In this document: positions 16,758-25,174 of the stretch, piece after piece
Numbering within the stretch: position 1 is the first letter of the stretch
Layout of the letters: every line of letters begins with the position of its first letter
Virus record (IMG/VR): IMGVR_UViG_3300024251_000025
Coordinates: 1 to 35,798 of that record
Origin: a virus
Lineage: Duplodnaviria; Caudoviricetes
Length of the DNA: 35,798 nt
Strand: one strand, 5' to 3'
The notes under the pieces: generated by a model
What the model was told of the DNA's origin: nothing
Databases searched by the model: none
What the model saw: the letters and a program-made list of their open reading frames with translations, nothing else
Position numbers and translations under genes: made by a program

Positions 16758-17974
16758 ATAGTCCCTGAGCTCGCTCCCCCAATCCAGTCATCAAAACTCC
16801 CACTCCACCCGTCCAGCCATCCGGAGCAGTCCCCTCCCACCGGGAGAACTCGTGCATTTGCCTCGACACTGAAGGCCCCACCTGCGATAGCAATATCGAC
16901 CTGGTTCGTACAATTCGCACTGGTGGGGATTGCGAGGTTACAGCCCTCCACCGTCCCCGGCCCGACAATGGTTGTCCCAGTCCCGATAATCGTCCCCACA
17001 GCATCCTTGAATACATATGCGATCTCCAGACTCTCAGGCACGCACCCGAGTTCACTGACATTCAGGCACCAGCACACCCGGAACACCCCGGCCTCGCAGA
17101 GCTCAGGCTCTTGGGCCTCCACCTGGAGTTGACTCACCGCCGTGCAGCACCCGCCCTCTACCAGGCTGGATGAGCTGGAGGACGAGGACGAAGGTGGTGC
17201 GGAGGATGAGGGACACGCACAGACTCCCTCCAGTATGATATCACAGTCTGGCGGGTCCGCTGGCCGATCCGGCGAGGGTTCAAACTGCTGATCCACGTCC
17301 GAGATCTCGGGACAGCCTCTCTGAGGGTCGTCCAAGGGGTTGCAGGTAGTGACACCCTCCTGAGCAAAAATCGCACGGTTGAGCTCGGCGTTATAGACCC
17401 AGGTGTTTAGGACTGGGACGAGGTCGAGGTCTAGTCCACAACTGGTGTAGTACTCCAAGCGGCTGGTCCCGGTATTAAAAAAAGTCTCGTAGATGTAAGG
17501 GAGTGGGGAGGACCAAGACCCACCCGTTCCACAGGGCTCGTTACAGGTCGGGGTGGACTGCCAGTAATACACACACCGGGTGAGCTCGTCACCCCCTCCA
17601 CTACTAGAGGGTGGAGCGGAGCTAGAGGGTGGTGCACTAGAGGACGAGACCAGGGAGGACGAGCTTAGGGATGAGGAGAAGGAGGAGGAGAGATTAACCT
17701 CACAGCACAGGGGTATAACCAGGTTGCTTAGAAGCATCTCGTCACACGCAAGCACGCAGATCTTTTTCCTCTCCAGAATCAGGTTGTCTGCCGTGCGGCT
17801 CCCCCTCGTCAGCACCACCTGCTCCCGCACATTCAGCCCTGAAATCTGAGCCTGGAGCCTTCGAAGGAAGTTGGTCAGGTCTACGATATACTTCTGCATC
17901 TCGGGATCGAGCTTGCTGAATCCCTGGTGCTGGGGGAGCGGGTCAGGGGCTAGGACCCGGCGAAAGGTACTCAC
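16748..17974 (-). CDS. Ser-tract, Cys-rich tail-associated protein
   Basis: GTG 17974 overlaps the nozzle gene TGA. Short N-terminal coiled coil, two poly-Ser/SSAPP tracts and 23 Cys in 408 aa. Confidence 0.7.
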   Translation of the reverse strand: MSTFRRVLAPDPLPQHQGFSKLDPEMQKYIVDLTNFLRRLQAQISGLNVREQVVLTRGSRTADNLILERKKICVLACDEMLLSNLVIPLCCEVNLSSSFSSSLSSSSLVSSSSAPPSSSAPPSSSGGGDELTRCVYYWQSTPTCNEPCGTGGSWSSPLPYIYETFFNTGTSRLEYYTSCGLDLDLVPVLNTWVYNAELNRAIFAQEGVTTCNPLDDPQRGCPEISDVDQQFEPSPDRPADPPDCDIILEGVCACPSSSAPPSSSSSSSSSLVEGGCCTAVSQLQVEAQEPELCEAGVFRVCWCLNVSELGCVPESLEIAYVFKDAVGTIIGTGTTIVGPGTVEGCNLAIPTSANCTNQVDIAIAGGAFSVEANARVLPVGGDCSGWLDGWSGSFDDWIGGASSGTICE

Positions 17975-19782
17975 TCCACACCCCCACCCTGAAACCAGGC
18001 TCTGACCCACCGGAGCTCGAAGTAGGAACTGGGTGAATTATTCCGGAGCCTGATTCTCAAGCTGCGGGATAGTTCGTCGAGTTGGACCCGGTAGCGTGTC
18101 CAGGCGGAGGTGAGGTCCACAACCTCCAGGACCTTGTAGGTTGCTCCCTTGTCCAGGGAGATACTCACCTCTACATCCGTCCCCCGAAGGTCCAGTTCAA
18201 TCTCCAGCCATCTACAAACCACACTCTGGTACTCGCTCGGGGAGACCAGATCCACAGTCTCATAAATCCCATCAATCGCCCCACCGTTGTCTGAGTTCTC
18301 GGTGTCGTCAGCGACACTGACCTTGGAATCTGCAAACCCCATGACCCTCAGAGGAAATCCCTTCGTGATCGAGGCCTGAAACCACTCGAAGTTTACATCA
18401 GACCACTTTTTCCCGACCAGTACTGGGGAGTTCCAGGTTAGGCTCAAGTCCCTCCGGTAGAACCCCATTGTGGTGAGGCGTTGGGTGAAGGACTGGCGAG
18501 CCCAGGCGAGCCTTTGTACATCCAGGGTGTCGTACTCTACCAGATAAAGCAAGGTCCCACTTCCCACCCTCGGAACTGCAAAGTACACGTGGTTCTTGGC
18601 CTTGTCCAGGAAGGCGAAGGCTTTCAGCCTGTTGTTCTCGTCCAGGATATCTCGATACTCCCTCGCCACCCGATCCCCGATATCCCTGAGCAGCCTCGTT
18701 CCATCAAATACCGAGATATTCTCTTTCCTCATCAGGAGATGAAAAGGTCCGATATTCACGATACCCCGAGGACTTACCAGCCTGACATCCTGGATCAGGG
18801 TCTCCCACAGCCACAAAACCTCCCCACCCACATAACTCATGGTGGTGATGGAGTTGTCGGAGTAGATGATTAGGCGGTCGCCCAAGGGCTTGCACTGGAT
18901 CAGGGGACCCTGGGAGTCACTGATCAAAGCCTCCCCCGAGGTCCCATTCTTGAAATCCACCAGGGAGTCGATATTGGAGTAGACCACGGAGAAGGGTTTT
19001 TCATTCCCATCCGTGATCCCCACGAGCACCAGGTGATTATAGAATATCGAAAGGGCCTTACAGGTTACAAAGTTATCCGCAGGATACTGCCAGTCCGTGT
19101 GCTGAGCAAGAACCCTGAAGCTCGTATTCGCCCCATCCCAGTAGATCGGCTTGTCCTTCCCGTTGGTCACGATCAGCCAAGTCCCCTGCTCTCCCGTCCC
19201 CACCGTCCAGTTGATGATATCGGATTCATCCCCAGTCCAGGGGATGACGTTACCCAGACCAGGCTGCACCATAACTGCACTAACTGTGGAGGTGGCTGCA
19301 GAATCTGCCCCTGTGAGATTATCTGAGTTATTAAAGACCCCACTCAGGTAGGACAGATAAACAAACCCCCCAGCCTCCACCATGAATAAGCCCGTCGCCC
19401 CAGAGGTGGTCTGTGTAACAATCTCCCCCACGGTGTAGGTCCCGGTCGTGGTGGCTGTGAGCTTTATTCGGTTGGACTTATTCGAGATATCCACCCACAC
19501 CCCCACGGTGGTATCGTAGTAATACTGGCGGGTGGTGGTGAGGGCGACGAGGTATTCCGACCCTGAGGCAGCCTGGAAGTTCACCAGCTCCATCGGAATA
19601 CCATTCAGGGTCCCCCCAATCTGCCTGAGGCCCTTCCGCTTGGTGACCAGCCCCTTGACCGGGACGAGGTTATCGAAGGTGGGACTAGAAGCCGGCGAAC
19701 TCTGAACCGAGGGGTCCAGCAGGTTCAACCCCTCAAAAGGGTAGATCGAGTCCTTCGGGAGATAGGAGAGCCCGGCTTTCAC
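17971..19782 (-). CDS. tail nozzle / DNA stabilisation protein (P22 gp10 / T7 gp12-like beta-propeller)
   Basis: 603 aa, beta-rich (FEGLNL...KRKG, TNGKDKP, YNHLVL, VVYS, LIIY). Typical podovirus tail position. Confidence 0.75.
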   Translation of the reverse strand: MKAGLSYLPKDSIYPFEGLNLLDPSVQSSPASSPTFDNLVPVKGLVTKRKGLRQIGGTLNGIPMELVNFQAASGSEYLVALTTTRQYYYDTTVGVWVDISNKSNRIKLTATTTGTYTVGEIVTQTTSGATGLFMVEAGGFVYLSYLSGVFNNSDNLTGADSAATSTVSAVMVQPGLGNVIPWTGDESDIINWTVGTGEQGTWLIVTNGKDKPIYWDGANTSFRVLAQHTDWQYPADNFVTCKALSIFYNHLVLVGITDGNEKPFSVVYSNIDSLVDFKNGTSGEALISDSQGPLIQCKPLGDRLIIYSDNSITTMSYVGGEVLWLWETLIQDVRLVSPRGIVNIGPFHLLMRKENISVFDGTRLLRDIGDRVAREYRDILDENNRLKAFAFLDKAKNHVYFAVPRVGSGTLLYLVEYDTLDVQRLAWARQSFTQRLTTMGFYRRDLSLTWNSPVLVGKKWSDVNFEWFQASITKGFPLRVMGFADSKVSVADDTENSDNGGAIDGIYETVDLVSPSEYQSVVCRWLEIELDLRGTDVEVSISLDKGATYKVLEVVDLTSAWTRYRVQLDELSRSLRIRLRNNSPSSYFELRWVRAWFQGGGVE

Positions 19783-20627
19783 TAGACCTCCCTCCAGAAC
19801 TCTGCACTCAGGGTGATGGAGTTAGCCCCGGCAATCACGTCATCGGACCTCTTACCGAACCCCGTACCTGTCTTGGTGGCCAGGCAGTAGTGCTGAATCT
19901 TGAAGGTCTTGGCTGTGGCCAAGGTCATCCTCCCCACGATCTCGGAGTGGGAGTTCCCATCGAACTCGTCACCCTCGTCATCCACCGGCTGGGAGGTGTT
20001 GCTCAGGCCATAGGCCACTGGGGTGTTGTCTGTGAAGTTAAAGAGCCTAGCCTGATTCACCCCCGCCCGATGAGCCATTGCCACAATCCTGAACCTGTAG
20101 GTCCCAGCCGCGAGTTCAAACCTGAAATCATTACCGAAGTCTGGAGTGCAGATGGTTCCAGCATCCGAGACCTCGGTGTTGAGGGGGCGAGTTCTCCACC
20201 CCTCGGCAGTAAAGGTCCCGGAGGGTCCAGCCCGGTTCTCCTGGAGGAGGACATAATCCTCCGGGATCTGGGAGAACGAGGCGTTGGCAGTGATCTTGGT
20301 CCAGGTCATCACGGTTGCGACGTTTTTGAGGTAGTAAAGCAGCCCTGTATCCAGGGTGATGGCAAGACGACCCTCGTCCTCGACGGTAAAGCTCGTGGCC
20401 CCATCCGGCCGGAGGACCGGCAGGCTCGCCTCATCATCAGCAATGTAGACCTTGGCCGAGCCCTGGAGGTGTTCACCCCCACCATTACTGGCGGAAGGCA
20501 CCACGTGCTCTTTCTCCAGTCTCTGGCTAGTCCCTGCCCTCACCGCCCGTATCTCATCATCCCCCTCGGAGATCAGGCCCGAAGGTGCGGGTGAGCTTTC
20601 ATCCCATGTATCTGCTGTATTTGGCAT
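19782..20627 (-). CDS. tail fibre/spike with a C-terminal C1q/TNF-like beta-sandwich
   Basis: N-terminal anchor WDESSP...EGDDEIR. C-terminal GTFTAEGWRTRPLNT...LAAGTY...FKIQHY. Confidence 0.65.
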   Translation of the reverse strand: MPNTADTWDESSPAPSGLISEGDDEIRAVRAGTSQRLEKEHVVPSASNGGGEHLQGSAKVYIADDEASLPVLRPDGATSFTVEDEGRLAITLDTGLLYYLKNVATVMTWTKITANASFSQIPEDYVLLQENRAGPSGTFTAEGWRTRPLNTEVSDAGTICTPDFGNDFRFELAAGTYRFRIVAMAHRAGVNQARLFNFTDNTPVAYGLSNTSQPVDDEGDEFDGNSHSEIVGRMTLATAKTFKIQHYCLATKTGTGFGKRSDDVIAGANSITLSAEFWREV

Positions 20628-20633
20628 CTTGTC

Positions 20634-21314
20634 CTACCTTACTGGATAACCTGCGAACGGGTCCTGCCAGGGAGGTATCCCCACTGGGTTGATCTCAGGG
20701 AAGGGCTGGCCGATGAATTCCCTCCCCGGTTTATTCCTGTCACTCTCGATAGCGATCCCCAGGTCATTCCGATATTTGCTCAGCCAGGCCTGGGCATCCG
20801 TGTACTGTTGCACCGCCATAAACACGTTGTAGGTAGCATAGGCGATGAGGGCTTGGTCTATCCCCTGGATCAGGCACTCCTGGGTGTCCAGTGTCAGCTC
20901 CGGGGATTTCTGCACGGACGTGATCGAGAAGGTGTAGTCCGCATCCGAGGGTGGAAGCCAGTAGAGGTTTCGGTTCTCCTCCCAGGCCACGTTCGGCCTA
21001 GCCTGGGAGATACTGGCCACGGCCTGAGGGAACATCCTCCGAACCACGGTCTTGGGCCGGATACACACCGGATACGACAAGGTCCCGTTATTAAACAGGA
21101 CCGAGACCACCCGGATGGTTCCTGGAGGTAGCGGAAGGGACCAGTCCCCCTGAGCAAACCCAACCTGGGTCTCGACCTCCAGATCCTCCCAGTTGTGGAC
21201 CCTGGCCACCTCACCCTGAGCAAAGTTCAGGTAGAGATTGATATTCTCGTCCCGGTCGTCACGCCGAGTATTCGCCTTGACCATTTCTCGCAGTTGTGCC
21301 CTTGTCAATCCCAC
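20634..21314 (-). CDS. head-tail adaptor (T7 gp11 / P22 gp4-like)
   Basis: GGAGG SD and GTG start. Helix-beta-helix pattern (LNFAQ..V...W..L, LP, W.PP.D..Y, ALIAYA). Confidence 0.7.
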   Translation of the reverse strand: MGLTRAQLREMVKANTRRDDRDENINLYLNFAQGEVARVHNWEDLEVETQVGFAQGDWSLPLPPGTIRVVSVLFNNGTLSYPVCIRPKTVVRRMFPQAVASISQARPNVAWEENRNLYWLPPSDADYTFSITSVQKSPELTLDTQECLIQGIDQALIAYATYNVFMAVQQYTDAQAWLSKYRNDLGIAIESDRNKPGREFIGQPFPEINPVGIPPWQDPFAGYPVR

Positions 21315-21323
21315 AGAGCCTCC

Positions 21324-21629
21324 CTAGTCCACGATCTTGGTCCAGGTGAACACGGTCCCGGAGGTGTAGGCAGTACACCGATACACGTCGTTGTTGGTGT
21401 AGTCATAGCACAGGTCGCCGAGACCTGTGGGTGCATCATTCGCGGTATTCGTCGCAGGCACACCGTCCTTGGTTAGGAGGATGATCTGGCGGCTGGCCAG
21501 GGTACCATCAGCGGTCGGGTGATTCCCACCCTTCCCCCCTCGCCCAGGAGGTTTAATCCCCATCTTGGTATGGATTCTCTCAAGTATTAAGTGCTGGTGA
21601 GCAGCACTCAGATTCGATCCGATTGCCAT
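21324..21629 (-). CDS. small virion protein
   Basis: GAGGA SD. C-terminal APTGLGDLCYDYTNNDVYRC...W motif seen in fibre and decoration proteins. Confidence 0.6.
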   Translation of the reverse strand: MAIGSNLSAAHQHLILERIHTKMGIKPPGRGGKGGNHPTADGTLASRQIILLTKDGVPATNTANDAPTGLGDLCYDYTNNDVYRCTAYTSGTVFTWTKIVD

Positions 21630-22344
21630 CTGGTCCTCGACTTTCTTCTGGTTGACTTGGCTGAGCTAGTGCGGCCTCATAAGCCATCCGCACCTCGCCC
21701 TCTTTCTTGATATGGAGCATTCGGAGGCTGTCAGCGTTGCCCCGGGTGATTATCACCCGCTCATGCACATGCCCACACTGGACATCGGCGTCCCCGAGGA
21801 TGAGCCCACCAGCTTCACGCACGCGGGAGTAAAAACTCACATCATCCGTGATCTTGGTCAGGCCCTCCTCATCCTTAAACATCTGGAAGATGGGACGGGT
21901 GAGGTGGGTGTCACACCACTTCAGGTCGATCAGAGCACATCCGAGCCCACTGACATGGATCTCGTGCACCCCCTCCGAGGCATCCACGTTATAATACTGC
22001 CCCTTAATCTCCTTCGACCACACGGTGGTGTAGGGATACCCGCGACGGAGGTATGAGCCGGACACCACCCGACAGCCCTCGTTGTCCTGGAGGACCTTGA
22101 GCAGCCGGGTGAAGGTCCCGATGGGCAGGATATTATCATCATCCACGAATAGGAGATAATCACATCCCTGTTCCACCGCTCCCTGCCATATATCCCACCG
22201 AGCCACGTCGTGAGGCATCCGATTTCTCGGGGTGAACAGGGCGAGTTGCCCCTGCCTTGCGATTTCCACGGCGATAGCCAGGTGGGAGGGGAAAGCCTCC
22301 GCACTCACACCATCGATCACGGGTATCCCTAGAGCCACCTTCAT
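21580..22344 (-). CDS. GT-A fold (GT2-like) glycosyltransferase
   Basis: TAGGAG SD and ATG at 22344. KVALGIP, AR, DYLLFVDDD (DxD), SGLGCALI, TDDVSF...EAGG...D..VQCGH. Confidence 0.85.
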   Translation of the reverse strand: MKVALGIPVIDGVSAEAFPSHLAIAVEIARQGQLALFTPRNRMPHDVARWDIWQGAVEQGCDYLLFVDDDNILPIGTFTRLLKVLQDNEGCRVVSGSYLRRGYPYTTVWSKEIKGQYYNVDASEGVHEIHVSGLGCALIDLKWCDTHLTRPIFQMFKDEEGLTKITDDVSFYSRVREAGGLILGDADVQCGHVHERVIITRGNADSLRMLHIKKEGEVRMAYEAALAQPSQPEESRGPDGNRIESECCSPALNT

Positions 22345-22352
22345 TGGTTCTC

Positions 22353-22871
22353 CTAGATACAGTAGATGAACCCACGCTTGTACCCTGCGGCAGGGGTGGT
22401 GGTTGTGGTGACGGCCGCGAGGATCTGGACGGTTCTCCGGTAGGTCGGTGCGGTGGAGTCCCGGACCAGGTGCGAGACCGCATTTGCACCCTTGAGGAAC
22501 TCGCCCGAGGCGATGTCGGTCCCGCCGGTGGTGGCACCGCTCACGGAGATGGACCCGTTGTTCCCAAAGATCTGGACCCACCCAAAGGAGTACCTGTTCG
22601 AGCCGGTTGAGTCGATCCCATCCGTCGCACAGACGATCCCGGCCAGGCAGGTCAGATTCGCCGTCAGGCACTGGTAAACCGAGTTCTCGAAGGTCGCACC
22701 ATCGGAGAGCTTGTGGTACGCAGCCTGACCCAGGGCCAGTGCTACCACATCCTTGTTCTCCACCCACCGGAAGGAGTCGGCCCCGACGTTCCGAACCGAA
22801 CCCACCAGCTCAATATCCGTATTCGCACGAACAGCCACGGTGGATGTTCGCCAGACAAGTTTCGATTGCAT
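22353..22871 (-). CDS. capsid cement/decoration protein
   Basis: AAAGGA SD and ATG at 22871. FRWV...LAGI...YSFGWVQIFG pattern. It lies directly after the major capsid gene. Confidence 0.7.
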   Translation of the reverse strand: MQSKLVWRTSTVAVRANTDIELVGSVRNVGADSFRWVENKDVVALALGQAAYHKLSDGATFENSVYQCLTANLTCLAGIVCATDGIDSTGSNRYSFGWVQIFGNNGSISVSGATTGGTDIASGEFLKGANAVSHLVRDSTAPTYRRTVQILAAVTTTTTPAAGYKRGFIYCI

Positions 22872-22885
22872 GTTAGTCCTTTCGA

Positions 22886-22906
22886 AGGAAGGCCTTGGGC
22901 CTTCCT
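22886..22906 (-). promoter_or_regulatory. 9-bp stem-loop after the major capsid gene
   Basis: AGGAAGGCC-CAA-GGCCTTCCT on the mRNA strand, with a weak U-tract. Confidence 0.55.
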
Positions 22907-22915
22907 GACTGAGTG

Positions 22916-23896
22916 TTAGTTGTAGAGCCGACCCATGTGTTTCAGCCGGCTGGAGATGAGGTTGCAGGTCGAGAGGATATGGGCGACCATCTCGAACTGG
23001 TTGGGGATGTCCTTGAAATTGGACATCTGCATCCAGTACTGAGGGTCGTACACCCACTCCATATCGGCCAGGCGGAGAGCGAGCATCTCACCCGCCGTCA
23101 TGTTCGGGGTCCAGACCAAGGGCTTACCCTTGAACCGGAGAACCTCGAATCCGAGGTCGAGCAGGGCTCCCGCCCCACCCTTCACGATCTGGCTTTGATC
23201 CAGGCCGAACTCCTCGTAGAGCTCGAACATGGTTTGGTCAGTGAGCCACAGGTCCGGGTAGTTCTTGTTCGCACCGCAGGTGTTGTTCAGGTTCTTCATG
23301 TCGCTGAGCAGGTTGACCTCCTTGGGAAGGGTCAGCTGCTTGTACTGCGGCTGCCACCAGGAGTTGGACCGAGCAATCCCACCATAGGTTCCGGTGGCCC
23401 GGTTGGCAAAGGCCGGGACGATATCGTTAATGCTCTGCATGTGCTTGTGGGCGATCTCGGTCGTGTCCTCAGCCCGGAGGAGATCGGTCTCCTGCACCTG
23501 GCCCATCGCATCCCGAGCCTTGGTGAGGCGGTCGCTGATATAGCTCTTGATCTGGTCAGGGCCGGAGTTCTCCTGGTCATCCAGGGTCGAGCGTTGGACC
23601 GGGATCGTGAGATACCGCCACCGCCACATAGCGAGGGTCTCGGCCTCGGACTCACCCATCCCCAGGGTGTCACCCTTAACCACGGCCTGGACCTGATCGG
23701 TGGGGACGTTGTAGTAGACCGTGCGGGTGATGAGCTTGCCGCCACGTTTGCTGACCAGCCGTCCCGCGTCCTTCAGGGCGGCGGAGACCACGGTCGCATT
23801 GAGGATATTATCAATCGCCTGGGCACGGATCTCGAAGAAGGTCTGGACGAACCGATTATTAATCGTTTCGGTATAAACAGGAAGTGTCGTTGCCAT
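22916..23896 (-). CDS. major capsid protein (HK97 fold)
   Basis: 326 aa: DNILN...GGKLITRTV...YGGIARSNSWW...DLGFEVLRFKGKPLVW. It follows the scaffold gene. Confidence 0.88.
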   Translation of the reverse strand: MATTLPVYTETINNRFVQTFFEIRAQAIDNILNATVVSAALKDAGRLVSKRGGKLITRTVYYNVPTDQVQAVVKGDTLGMGESEAETLAMWRWRYLTIPVQRSTLDDQENSGPDQIKSYISDRLTKARDAMGQVQETDLLRAEDTTEIAHKHMQSINDIVPAFANRATGTYGGIARSNSWWQPQYKQLTLPKEVNLLSDMKNLNNTCGANKNYPDLWLTDQTMFELYEEFGLDQSQIVKGGAGALLDLGFEVLRFKGKPLVWTPNMTAGEMLALRLADMEWVYDPQYWMQMSNFKDIPNQFEMVAHILSTCNLISSRLKHMGRLYN

Positions 23897-23899
23897 TGG

Positions 23900-24643
23900 T
23901 TATCTTTCTGCAGGGCCTGACCCCGCAAACTTAAAATCTTGTTTGTCTAGAGCACGCTGGAGGAGGGTTCGGAACCCCTCCTGGGTATTGGGAACCTTGT
24001 CCGGTTTAAGGGGTGGGCGGGTTGAGGAGGTAGAGGGCCGCTCGGTCTCGGTTCGAGGACCCTTCTTGGGGGTTCCCCCGGAGGCCCGAGCCTTCGCAAT
24101 CAGGTAGAGTTCCTCCACAGAGAGTTCGGGATTCACCTTATTCACCTCCATCATTCCTTGGCGGTGCAGGTCAAAATCCTCATACTTCTCCTGGAGAGCC
24201 TCCACCTCTTTCTTAACCTTCTTACCTTCATCCTCCTTCAGCTTCCCTTCAACCCCTTCGACCTTCTGACTCAGAGGACCGAGCTTCCTTTCAACGGCTT
24301 GCTCGATCATCGTGCTGACTTGAGTGAGGACATGCTTGGCGAGTTTGGAGGGGGGGAGGTCATCCAGGTCAACCTCGGGTTGGTCTTCGACCTTTGGGGT
24401 CGGTTTCTCACCCGTTTCCACCCGGACCTTTTCCCCTCTCTGCTTGGCCTCCAGCACCGCCCGAAAATCCGGGTCGGAGATGAGCTTGGCCATGAGGTTG
24501 CTCTCTTGGACCTGGGCCTTGACGGCCTCCAGCTCCTTCTCCACCCTCGACGGCTTCACCGCCTCCAGATCCTGATCCTTCGGTTCCAGATCCTGATCCT
24601 TGGCCTGTTCTTCCGTCTCTGTTACTTGTGTATCCTCAGCCAT
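23900..24643 (-). CDS. capsid scaffolding protein
   Basis: Acidic, helical, E/K-rich 247 aa protein directly upstream of the major capsid gene. Confidence 0.75.
   Translation of the reverse strand: MAEDTQVTETEEQAKDQDLEPKDQDLEAVKPSRVEKELEAVKAQVQESNLMAKLISDPDFRAVLEAKQRGEKVRVETGEKPTPKVEDQPEVDLDDLPPSKLAKHVLTQVSTMIEQAVERKLGPLSQKVEGVEGKLKEDEGKKVKKEVEALQEKYEDFDLHRQGMMEVNKVNPELSVEELYLIAKARASGGTPKKGPRTETERPSTSSTRPPLKPDKVPNTQEGFRTLLQRALDKQDFKFAGSGPAER
24564..24601. repeat. 21-bp-period tandem duplication (KDQDLE twice) in the scaffold gene
   Basis: TCCAGATCCTGATCCTT at 24564-24580 and 24585-24601. Confidence 0.8.
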
Positions 24644-24911
24644 TCAACACCACCTTTTCCTCTAAGCCTTTCGAGGCCTCGGAGCGTGTACGCTCCTCGA
24701 TCCTCCGGGCAATATTAAGTTCCCTTTGTTTGATACGCTGCTCTAGGTGGAGGGTTCTCTCGATCATCCCTACGTCCTTGACGAGGAGTGGGAGGGAGCC
24801 CTCCGCGATCTCTAAACTACGCACGAACCACTGACCCCTTACGTTTTCCAGCACAATACGCTTACTCCACTTGGCCGGCTCTTCTAATGAGCCCAGGATT
24901 ATCTCACTCAT
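24636..24911 (-). CDS. hypothetical protein
   Basis: 91 aa, overlap-coupled to both neighbours. Confidence 0.65.
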   Translation of the reverse strand: MSEIILGSLEEPAKWSKRIVLENVRGQWFVRSLEIAEGSLPLLVKDVGMIERTLHLEQRIKQRELNIARRIEERTRSEASKGLEEKVVLNG

Positions 24912-25174
24912 AGTAATGCTCCGAGTTCGTACTTCTTTTCCTTGGCATAGGCCCGGAGCTCCCTTTTATTCTGGAAAGTCCGGGGGTTCTCCTCCACGTG
25001 TTCCAGGGTGATCGGGTAGTCCGTGTCCACAAAGGGCACGGAGGGCTGGAGCCTAAGTCGGCCCACCCGACAGCCCTTGCATCGCCGCACCTTGTGGCAG
25101 TCCGCCATCCTGCGAAACTCCTCCACCACCTTCCTGCACTCCTTGTTGCTGCATTTGTAGCTGTAAAGCGGCAC
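24908..25174 (-). CDS. FmdB-family zinc-ribbon protein
   Basis: GGAG SD and GTG start. MPLYSYKCSNKEC...CKGC pattern, in the common post-portal position. Confidence 0.8.
   Translation of the reverse strand: MPLYSYKCSNKECRKVVEEFRRMADCHKVRRCKGCRVGRLRLQPSVPFVDTDYPITLEHVEENPRTFQNKRELRAYAKEKKYELGALL

Noticed and set aside
22345-22767. N-terminal extension of the GT-A ORF, suggesting a cement-GT fusion or frameshift
   Set aside because: It is an off-frame read of the cement gene. The GT has its own TAGGAG SD and ATG at 22344, and I saw no slippery site.
24564-24601. Tandem repeat as a CRISPR or regulatory repeat
   Set aside because: There are only two in-frame copies, in a disordered scaffold N-terminus.
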